This document shows positions 53,866 to 64,000 of a DNA stretch of 64,000 nt, one piece after another. Under the pieces are notes generated by a model. That model had not been told where the DNA came from and did no database searches. It saw only the letters and a list, made by a program, of their open reading frames with translations. Made by a program: the position numbers and the translations under genes. How positions within the stretch are numbered: position 1 is the stretch's first letter; every line of letters starts with the position of its first letter. Source of the DNA: Eledone cirrhosa (lineage: Eukaryota); contig OZ024755.1 of the NCBI GenBank assembly GCA_964016885.1, positions 20,274,001 to 20,338,000 of the forward strand. Reading direction: 5' to 3'.

Positions 53866-54083
53866 TTAACCCTTTAATGTTCAAACCAGCCAGAATTCTC
53901 TACCTTTTTCTATTGAAACTGGCTGCAACTGGTCGCTCAAACTGATGTTAAGGTATTGTTCTCAAAATAAATACTTTCAAAATCTCATAGATTCGGTATT
54001 ATGTGAGATAATTATGTGAGGTAAAGCCTTTACCATGAAAATATAATAGTATATATAGAGTAATATGAACGCTAAAGGGTTAA
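53866..54083 (+). mobile_element. piggyBac-type MITE, complete
   Basis: TTAA-CCCTTTA...TAAAGGG-TTAA (TTAA TSD with TIRs). Confidence 0.85.
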
Positions 54084-54231
54084 GCACCTTTCACAAAGCA
54101 AATGATTTATGTTCATTTTACCAGTCATGCCTAACACGCCAGCATCTCCACTCCACAACAAATATAATAAACTAGAAAATATACAAAACATCACATTTCG
54201 AATCCTCACATATTCTACACATAATGTACAC

Positions 54232-54419
54232 CAGGCATGTCAAACTGAGGGTCACCCGAGGGCTACATGGGTCACATATGTGCTGTCTGAGGGCCACACA
54301 TGACAACTAATTGCACACATTACAACTAATATTTTTTTTATTTTATAACGCTCGCACTGTAAAAACCTTTGTTTGGGCCGGAGGTATGCTTGTAAAGGGC
54401 TGCATTTTTACCATGCCTG
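54232..54419. mobile_element. hAT (Charlie-like) MITE
   Basis: TIRs CAGGCATG...CATGCCTG. The 8-bp flanks ATGTACAC and TTCTAGAC are only partly alike. Confidence 0.5.
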
Positions 54420-54837
54420 TTCTAGACTACCGATCGTACAGAGAACCTACCCATAGTCTACATAATCACTATTTAAAGACAGTTTCCAATCCAATCCAAA
54501 GCCTCACTCCTGTTGGAGTAAGCCTCTCTGATTGACCTCCATCACATTAATCATATTAGGTTTTGGTCATGTCTTCAAGAGTGTAGTCGTACTCAGCACA
54601 CTTGGTCAATTGTGAGTTGGTGAGGCTATTTAACCCATAGTTGAGGTGGATGACTTTTGACTGAGGATTTTATCCACCATTTGAAACATTCTTGTTCTTT
54701 GTACAGCTGGAATTCCACTTAGCCTCCTCACCAGACCAGCATCTGGTGAGGGAGCTGGTTCAGTCAACAACCACCAGATGTTGAAATATGGTGACATAAG
54801 GAAAGAAAGAAAGAGACAAAGAAGTAGAAAGAGATAC

Positions 54838-55700
54838 GGAGAGAAGGGGAGGAAAGAAAGAAATAGAAAAAGAGAGGGAGAAGGGGAGGAAAGAAAGAAA
54901 TAGAAAAAGAGAGGGAGAAGGGGAGGAAAGAAAGAAATAGAAAAAGATAGAAAGAAATAGAAAAAGAGAGGGAGAAGGGGAGGAAAGAAAGAAATAGAAA
55001 AAGAGAGGGAGAAGGGGAGGAAAGAAAGAAATAGAAAAAGAGAGGGAGAAGGGGAGGAAAGAAAGAAATAGAAAAAGAGAGGGAGAAGGGGAGGAAAGAA
55101 AGAAATAGAAAAAGATAGAAAGAAATAGAAAAAGAGAGGGAGAAGGGGAGGAAAGAAAGAAATAGAAAAAGAGAGGGAGAAGGGGAGGAAAGAAAGAAAT
55201 AGAAAAAGATAGAAAGAAATAGAAAAAGAGAGGGAGAAGGGGAGGAAAGAAAGAAATAGAAAAAGATAGAAAGAAATAGAAAAAGAGAGGGAGAAGGGGA
55301 GGAAAGAAAGAAATAGAAAAAGAGAGGGAGAAGGGGAGGAAAGAAAGAAATAGAAAAAGATAGAAAGAAATAGAAAAAGAGAGGGAGAAGGGGAGGAAAG
55401 AAAGAAATAGAAAAAGAGAGGGAGAAGGGGAGGAAAGAAAGAAATAGAAAAAGATAGAAAGAAATAGAAAAAGAGAGGGAGAAGGGGAGGAAAGAAAGAA
55501 ATAGAAAAAGAGAGGGAGAAGGGGAGGAAAGAAAGAAATAGAAAAAGATAGAAAGAAATAGAAAAAGAGAGGGAGAAGGGGAGGAAAGAAAGAAATAGAA
55601 AAAGAGAGGGAGAAGGGGAGGAAAGAAAGAAATAGAAAAAGAGAGGGAGAAGGGGAGGAAAGAAAGAAATAGAAAAAGATAGAGAGAAGGGGAAGAAAGA
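54838..55700. repeat. About 35-bp polypurine minisatellite
   Basis: Unit GAGAGGGAGAAGGGGAGGAAAGAAAGAAATAGAAAAA with variants. Confidence 0.97.
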
Positions 55701-56241
55701 AAGACGCTAATACTCGTCTCCATGTTTTCGCTCAAATTTCAGATTCTTTAGTTTCTAGTGGAATACTGCTTGAAAGGAAAGCAACAACATTCTCAATGAA
55801 AATATCTTTTTTAAAAAAGATGCCTCAAACTTTAACAATCTCATAGATCTGATAATGACAAAATGGTGGTATGTATGATGAGGCTTCTGAGCAAGTTATT
55901 CAAATATTCAATTTCCAAAGCGTTAATAACTACTCGAGTGCTGTTCAGTATGGAGAAGAAAGTATTTTATTGAATTTAAGATTAGCTATTCAGATAACAC
56001 TAACTGTTGCAAAATGTTCTCATATCTCAGCAGTGAACCACCTTTAATCAATTTAAAATTATATTTATGAATTTCCAGGGGTAGACAATGCTGTTCGCCT
56101 TAGTTTGCTGGGCATTGAACTTGAAGAAACTGAATACTAGAATTACTATATCATCTCACAAGTTTGAGTAAGATAAAAGTGAGAATATATGATGTACATA
56201 TTTATCTATAAACACACACACTATAAATATATATACATGTG

Positions 56242-56275
<34 letters not shown>

Positions 56276-56390
56276 GCTACACTTCTGATATAACAAAAAC
56301 AAAAAAAAACAGAAAACGATAGAGGTCAATCAGGGAGGGGTTCCTTCGGTAGGAGTGAAAAGGCCCTGGATTGAATATATATATACATAC

Positions 56391-56421
<31 letters not shown>

Positions 56422-56601
56422 GGCGTTAGGAAGGGCATCCAGATGTAGAAAACCAGCCACAAACACCTCTATATGAGTGAGACATGGTCATCCAACACAA
56501 TTTGCCTCTAAATGGGACTCGTCTAACCCATGTTAGCATTTAAGATGGACATTAATCGATGATGATGATATATATATATATTTATTAAAATAACAGATTA
56601 A

Positions 56602-56652
56602 AGTTTAAGCAAAGAATCGCTGCTTTCACCCTTAACTGGATCTTCTGAAACT
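56602..56652 (-). ncRNA. CAGAAGA-core hammerhead-like motif, copy 4
   Basis: Same as copy 1 with one stem II substitution. Module starts right after a TA run. Confidence 0.55.
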
Positions 56653-57054
56653 AACAAAGTCAATCTGTGAACGCAGAATTGAGTATTCAGATGTTTCTGC
56701 ATGATGAATATAAGTCAATAGAGTGCTCAACCGAGGGAGCCAAATATATATATATATCATCTTCATCATTTTGATAATACAGCCATATAAAGACGAAGAG
56801 AATTTTCAGACCTCTGTCATTGTTTTATGTAATGGTAAATGTAAATATTACTTTTATTTAGAGGATTCTAAAGACTTCATTATAACAGGAATGAATTTTT
56901 CTGTAATTTTAGTGAAACAATCATGAATCAAATATTTTAATTGAAATCCTGATTATTTTTTATTCATTTATATATATATAATTAAGTTAAATTCACAACA
57001 TTGTCATCAGCCACATATGAAAATGTTGTGAATTCAACATATTATATATTACAA

Positions 57055-57207
57055 CACACTGGAAGAGGAAAACCAAGGTTAACGTATGTTGATGCCCTAA
57101 GGACAGACACTGGTCTGTTGGAGACGCAGGACATGGCAGCGATAATAAGGGACAGAGACCGCTGGAGAGAACTCTTCCATGGGTCTCGGGAATTTTACCC
57201 GCCCTAG
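57055..57207 (+). mobile_element. 3' end of an RTE-type LINE ORF
   Basis: GRGKPRLTYVDALRTDTG...DMAAIIRDRDRWR matches the RTE C-terminal GRP..T..D...DR..WR pattern. Confidence 0.7.
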
Positions 57208-57329
57208 AATATATTACAACTTATACCTTGGAATGCATGTTCTGTTAACAGCATATAGATCTGTTATGAAATTCACTACATGTGTGTTAGAAGAGGACAT
57301 ATATGCATATATTCATACTGCCTTACATG

Positions 57330-57760
57330 CATTACTTATATGTGTGGGTGTAAGTATACTTGCATAGTATATACATACTTATACATACATATGCAGAAAT
57401 GTATATATACATGCATAGTATATACATACTTATACATACATATGCAGAAATGTATATATAAATACACACACATACATATATTATATATATATATCCACAT
57501 ATGCATATACATATATATATATATATATACACACATACATATAAATACACACACATACATATAAATACACACACATACATATAAATACACACATACATAT
57601 AATTACACACACATACATATAATTACACACACATACATATAATTACACACACATACATATAATTACACACACATACATATAAATACACACACATACATAT
57701 ATATATATATATCCACATATGCATATGCATATATATATACACACACATATACATATATAT

Positions 57761-57791
<31 letters not shown>

Positions 57792-58371
57792 CACACACAC
57801 ATACATATATATATATATACACACACACATATACATAAATATATATATGTGTGTGTATATATATACTATATATCATCAAAAAATGATATATATGTATATA
57901 TACACACATATATACATAAATAAATATATATCTCTATACACACACACACACATAAATAAATAAATAAATATATATCTCTATACACATACACACACATAAA
58001 TAAATAAATAAATATATATATACACACACATACATAAATAAATTTAAAAAAAAATATATATATATATATACTCACACACACGCGCATGAATATATATATA
58101 CACACACGCATAAATATATATATATACACACACGCATAAATATATACATATACACTCATGCATAAATATATACAAACATATACACATGCATAAATATATA
58201 TATACATATATCTACACATGCATAATTATATATATATATACACATGCATAAATATATATATATATACATATATATATACACATGCATAAATATATATATA
58301 TACATATATATATACACATGCATAAATATATATATATACATATATATATACACATGCATAAATATATATAT

Positions 58372-58422
<51 letters not shown>

Positions 58423-58725
58423 CACTCATGCATAAATATATATATATATACACTCATGCATAAATATATATATATATACATATATACACATAAATATATA
58501 TATATATGCATAAATATATATGTACATATATATATATACACTCATGCATAAATATATATATACATATATATATATACACATAAATATTTATACACACACA
58601 CTCACATGCATAAATATATACATATATACACACATGCATAAATATATATATATACACACACACACACATGCATAAATATATATATATATACACACACACA
58701 CGCATAAATATATATATGTGTGTGT
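57330..58725. repeat. Compound TA/CA microsatellite
   Basis: Direct reading. Confidence 0.95.
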
Positions 58726-58942
58726 GGTAACACAGTAAAAGTTCCCAGTTCCACACTGTCAATGTTGTTGGAGTTAGGAAGGGCATCCAGCCGTAGAAAA
58801 CCTGCCAGATAGTCCTATATGAGCGAGACACGGTCACCTGGGTGTATTTTTGTTAGAGATGTCTACTGACTGTAGGTTTCGCTTTGTACTTAGACAAGGC
58901 GGGTCTTCGGTATTACTGTGTAGCACCAAAGATCTCGGTCCA

Positions 58943-59272
58943 TCATTCATTTCATTTCATTTTACGTCCGCTTTTCCCTGCTTGCAAGGGTGGGACGGGA
59001 ACTGATTCTGGCTTGATTTCTACAGCTGGATGCCCTTCCTAACACCAACCTCATTTACAGTGAGTGCTGGGTGCTTTTTTGCCGTGGCACCTCCACGACC
59101 ACTTTGCAGTGGAATGATAGGGACCCCAGTCCCTATCATCTCATTTCTACAGCTGAGTAAACTGGAGCAATGTGAAATAAAGTGTCTTGCTCAAGGAAAC
59201 AACACATCACCCGGTCTGAGAATTGAACTCACAACCTTTCGATTGCAAGGCCAATGCTCTAACCACTAAGCC
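58943..59272 (-). mobile_element. tRNA-derived SINE family C (CORE/V-like central domain)
   Basis: Minus strand: GCTTAGTGGTTAGAGC (box A), GAGTTCAATTC (box B), CCTTGAGCAAGACACTT, AGGAAGGGCATCCAGC and a (TGAAA)n tail. Partial plus-strand copies at 56421-56570 and 58770-58837. Confidence 0.8.
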
Positions 59273-59396
59273 TCCATATATATATAGTAATAATAATAAA
59301 TTTGCAGACTAAAATCCAAAGAGGGCTCGATAAGGATAAATATACATCAAATATATAAGAACCGTAGAGCAAATATTTATTAAAATAACAGATTAA

Positions 59397-59445
59397 AGTC
59401 TAAGCAAAGAATTGCTGCTTTCACCCTTAACGGGATCTTCTGAAA
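59397..59445 (-). ncRNA. CAGAAGA-core hammerhead-like motif, copy 5 (5' edge at a TA run)
   Basis: Minus strand: TTT-CAGAAGA-TCCCGTTAAGGGT-GAAA-GCAGCAATTCTTTGC-TT-AGACT. Confidence 0.5.
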
Positions 59446-59731
59446 TATATATATATGAATAAGTGTGTGAGAAGACAATATACAAATGAAAGATGGGCAT
59501 CTACATGAAGAATGCAGATTGTCTGTTATCAACGAGGCTTACTTCATCAATTCAAATAGTTTATAGTTTGAAGTTATCTGGCTCAGCTGGATATGACAAC
59601 TAGAGAAATCATAAAATCAAATCATGGTTTTAGATGGTTTGGCAACTTGACAAGAATAAATAATGAAGTAGATATTACCCCAAAGGGTCTGAATTTCTTG
59701 TTTACACTATACAATATTGCACTATTTCACT

Positions 59732-59734
<3 letters not shown>

Positions 59735-59767
<33 letters not shown>

Positions 59768-59773
59768 TGATGA

Positions 59774-59817
<44 letters not shown>

Positions 59818-60542
59818 ATAAATATATACATATCATCATCATCGTAATATGTATATATATATATATATATAATCATCATCATCATCATCATGATATATAT
59901 ATATATATCATCATCATACGTCCGTTTTTCCCTGCTTGCAAGTGAATATATATATATTTAAACACGCACACATTATATATATATATACATATATACACAC
60001 ATATATATATATATACACACATATATATATATATACACACACATATATATATATATACACACACATATATATATATATATACACACACATATATATATAT
60101 ATATATACACACATATATATATATATATATACACACATATATATATATATATACACACACATATATATATACACACATATATATATATATATACACACAT
60201 ATATATATATATATATACACACATATATATATATATATATACACACATATATATATATATATACACACATATATATATATATATATACACACATATATAT
60301 ATATATATACACACATATATATATATATATATACACACATATATATATATACACACATATATATATATATACACACACATATATATATATACACACATAT
60401 ATATATATATACACACATATATATATATATACACATATATATATATACACACATATATATATATATACACACATATATATATATATACACACATATATAT
60501 ACACACATATATATATATATACACACATATATATATATACAC

Positions 60543-60573
<31 letters not shown>

Positions 60574-60600
60574 TACACACATTTATAAATATATATACAC

Positions 60601-60639
<39 letters not shown>

Positions 60640-60690
60640 TTTATATATATATATACACACATATATATATATATATACACACATATATAT

Positions 60691-60722
<32 letters not shown>

Positions 60723-60776
60723 TTATATATATATATATATACACACATATATATATATATATATATACACACACAT

Positions 60777-60862
<86 letters not shown>

Positions 60863-60929
60863 TATATATACACACACATATATATATATACACACACATA
60901 TATATATATACACACACATATATATATAT

Positions 60930-60972
<43 letters not shown>

Positions 60973-61205
60973 TATATATATACACATATATATATACACA
61001 TATATATACACATATATATATATACACATATATATATATATAGACACACGCACACATATATACATACACATATTTACATGTACATATACATACATATACA
61101 TATACATGTACATATACATACATATACATATACATATATACATATATATATATATACATATATATGTGCGGGTATACATGGACATATGTGTGTGTAGGTG
61201 TGTGT
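59735..61205. repeat. Compound (TA)n(CA)m microsatellite
   Basis: Direct reading. Confidence 0.97.
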
Positions 61206-61330
61206 GTAATAAATACACTAGATTTAAACTTGGAATAAATTGTTTTATTGTAATTTCCTGAACTTTAACAAACACTTAAATTTTTTTCATATTGTACAAA
61301 TGCTCAAAAGTAACAACATTATTATATTGA

Positions 61331-61808
61331 ATTGGCAGTATCGGTAGAGGGTTAGGCGCCAGGCTTTCTAGCACAGTTACGTCCCTTTACGATCCGAGTT
61401 CAAATCCCGTCGAGGTTAACTTTACGTTTCATTCTTACGGCGTCGATAAAATAAAGTACCAGTAATGTACTGAGTAATTGCTAGCTTTGTGCCAAAAGTA
61501 GAAACAATTATTATATTTTTCCAATGGAAATAGTTTACTATTGAATACATTTTTGCTTTACCCAACTTTTATACATGACCTTTAAATGGTACCTAACACT
61601 CAATAAGTTTCCTTTTAATAATTGTTTCTACTTTAGGCACAAGGCCAGCAATTATCCAGTGCATTACTGGTACTTTATTTTATCGACCCCGTAAGGATGA
61701 AAGGCAAAGTCAACCTCGGCGGGATTTGAACTCAGATCGTAAAGGGACGTAACTATGCTGGAAAGCATGGCGTCTGACCCTCTACCGATACTGCCAATCC
61801 ACCGCCCT
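61331..61808. mobile_element. Tail-to-tail pair of SINE family A copies (+ 61331-61510, - 61617-61808)
   Basis: Consensus matches. The second copy has TSD CAAGTTTCCTTTTAATAAT-like flanks. Confidence 0.88.
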
Positions 61809-61969
61809 TTCCAAGTTTCCTTTTAATAATATTTCATATTCTATTCTATATCTAGTATATTTGTGTTCTGTATCACCTTTATTCTGACCCGTACATTTTG
61901 TTTATTGTCAACATATCTCTAGTGGTTGCTGTTTAAGGAAGGGTCATATTTGGTAAACTGCCTATAACT

Positions 61970-62500
61970 CCAGAGCAGTTTTAACCTGGTAGAACCTAAC
62001 ACTCTCCAGGTCGGAATACAGCCTTTTTTCTTCCAGAGAAAGAAAGGGGAGAGAAGTGAGAAAGTGGATGAACACACACACATTAAACTGATTCATCCAG
62101 CACATTTTGCAGAACCTTCATCAACCGACTATCTTTGAAGACTTCATCACTTCACAAAGAGCAGTTTTAACCTAGCTGCACCTAACACTCTCCAGGTTGG
62201 AATACCACCTTTTTCTTCCAAAGGAAGAGGAGAGAAGTGAGAAAGTGGTAGAACACACACACACACATTAAACTGATTCATCCAGCACATTTTGCAGATC
62301 CTTAATCAACCGACTATCTTTGAGGGCTTCATCACTTCACAAAGAGCAGTTTTAACCTAGCTGCACCTAACACTCTCCAGGTTGGAATACCACCTTTTTC
62401 TTCCAAAGAAAGAGGAGAGAAGTGAGAAAGTGAAAGAATACACACTAGTACTGGATGGTACATTTATTTATCCACCTCAAAATGATGAAAGGCAAAGTAC
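61970..62500. repeat. About 185-bp tandem duplication (2.5 copies) built on a SINE B-like tail
   Basis: AGAGCAGTTTTAACCT recurs at about 61972, 62158 and 62343. Confidence 0.85.
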
Positions 62501-62845
62501 CTGGGTCAGGCCTATGCTCAAACTCTATCCAGCTATAATAACCATCACACATTATGACCATCTCTACATATGAGGATATCATGGAGACTTCACTGCTATT
62601 TCAAGCACAGCAAATGACCGTATTTGTTGATGAATGTTGATAAGATTTAGTAAAACCTGATATACTTAAACACAATATTTCCATGTAATTCTATTTGTAA
62701 TGTTTTGGTCTAGAGGTCCCGATTTTCTCATTACCTTTGCTGTATGTGCAATTTAATAGAAAATATGAATGACTAAGAGATTTCCATTAGTAAAATCATA
62801 TTTGACGCTTTATCAAATTGGATTTCGCAGTATTTTCAACAGCAA

Positions 62846-63214
62846 TACGAAGATCGACTAAAAGGTTCATAGGCTTACTATGAAAAAGTGATGTTAGAGT
62901 TCTGAAATCTAGCATGGATTAATTTTAACTCTTCTTATTAATAAGTGCATTGTTTCTTTCCATGGACTATGTTGAAAAATAAACCTCGTTCGATCATTCA
63001 ATGACAGTATCTTGGTCAGTCTATGAACTTTTCATAGGCTGACTAATAAGGAGTTATGCGAGAGCTGTGAAATATTGTATGCATTTGTTTCAACTATTCT
63101 TATTAATAACTATTGTTTCTTTCTTAGAGGGACAATGTTAAAAAAATAAACCTCATTTGGTCATTCTGTGAAAGTATTTTGGTCAGCCTATGGATTTTAC
63201 AGCCAACCTTCATA
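62846..63214. mobile_element. Mariner-type MITE with an internal direct duplication
   Basis: Imperfect TIRs TACGAAGATCGACTAAAAGGTTCATAGGCT ... AGCCTATGGATTTTACAGCCAACCTTCATA. Confidence 0.6.
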
Positions 63215-63615
63215 CTTGAAGACCGTGTGCTGTTATAGCTGCTGCCCAATGAAATAATGCCTGCTTCTATCACAGCTATCCACTATCCAATAAAATATAC
63301 CCCAGAATTAACTAATAAATATTGAATTGAAGCGTATGTGACCAGCATTGGTCAATAGCTATCGACCACACATCGTACCAGCAATGATCCAGAAGTTGGA
63401 AAATTTGCACTATGAAACTGATTCATCCAGCACACTCTCTGGATCTTTAACCAACTACTATCTTCAAAGACTTCCTTGCCTCCAGAGCTTCAGAATTCTA
63501 TGTTAATGGAATAAATGAAACTGTATCTTGTTGGAAAATGTGTAGATTCTAATGGTTTTTATTTCAATCAAAAATATTTATTCTAGACTTAGACATCTCA
63601 CTTTAAATTTAATGT

Positions 63616-63837
63616 TTAACCCTAATTTAATGTCTAAACCAGCCATCTCCAGCCAGGATTCTCTCACATCTTTCTGTTCAAACCGGCTATAACCAGCTGC
63701 TCATAATGAGGTGTTCTCAAAATCAATAACATCAAAATCTCATAGATTCAATATTATGTGAGATATTATGATAGGTAAAGCCTTTACCATGAAAATACAG
63801 TAGTAAATATAGAGTAATGTAAATGCTAAAGGGTTAA
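63616..63837 (+). mobile_element. piggyBac-type MITE, complete
   Basis: TTAA-CCCT...TAAAGGG-TTAA, collinear with 53866-54083. Confidence 0.85.
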
Positions 63838-64000
63838 AAAACCTGCATTCATTTCTGAATTAATTTTTTCTTTAAATCAGAGAACTACGATTTTATCAAA
63901 CAATACTGAAGCGTACTGTGTCATATTGTCAATAGATTATACATATGTGTAAAATTCTTTCATGGATGTTAGTTCTTTACTGAAGAGAAATATTGTTAGG

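Overview
AT-rich, microsatellite-laden eukaryotic DNA with no recognisable host protein-coding gene. The SINE families and repeat landscape resemble a coleoid cephalopod such as Octopus (inference). Nearly all long ORFs in the track are artefacts of (TA)n, (CA)n, (TATG)n or purine repeats. Real content: (1) a young, 5'-truncated Penelope-like retroelement (uninterrupted RT plus GIY-YIG ORF, minus strand, 12160-14482) whose 3' 1294 bp are duplicated as an inverted arm (14483-15776) inside a compound TA microsatellite; (2) a second, decayed Penelope-like endonuclease end at 1-1020; (3) more than 20 tRNA-derived SINE copies, RTE, Tx1-like and Dong/R4-like LINE ends, a deleted mariner, and mariner, piggyBac and hAT MITEs. 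The most striking signal is about 15 hammerhead-ribozyme (HHR) motifs from several unrelated families. They sit in short, TA-flanked, often fold-back modules with the same inverted geometry as the large Penelope. One family of five copies has a conserved non-canonical core, CAGAAGA instead of CUGANGA. All folds were read by eye and none has been tested.
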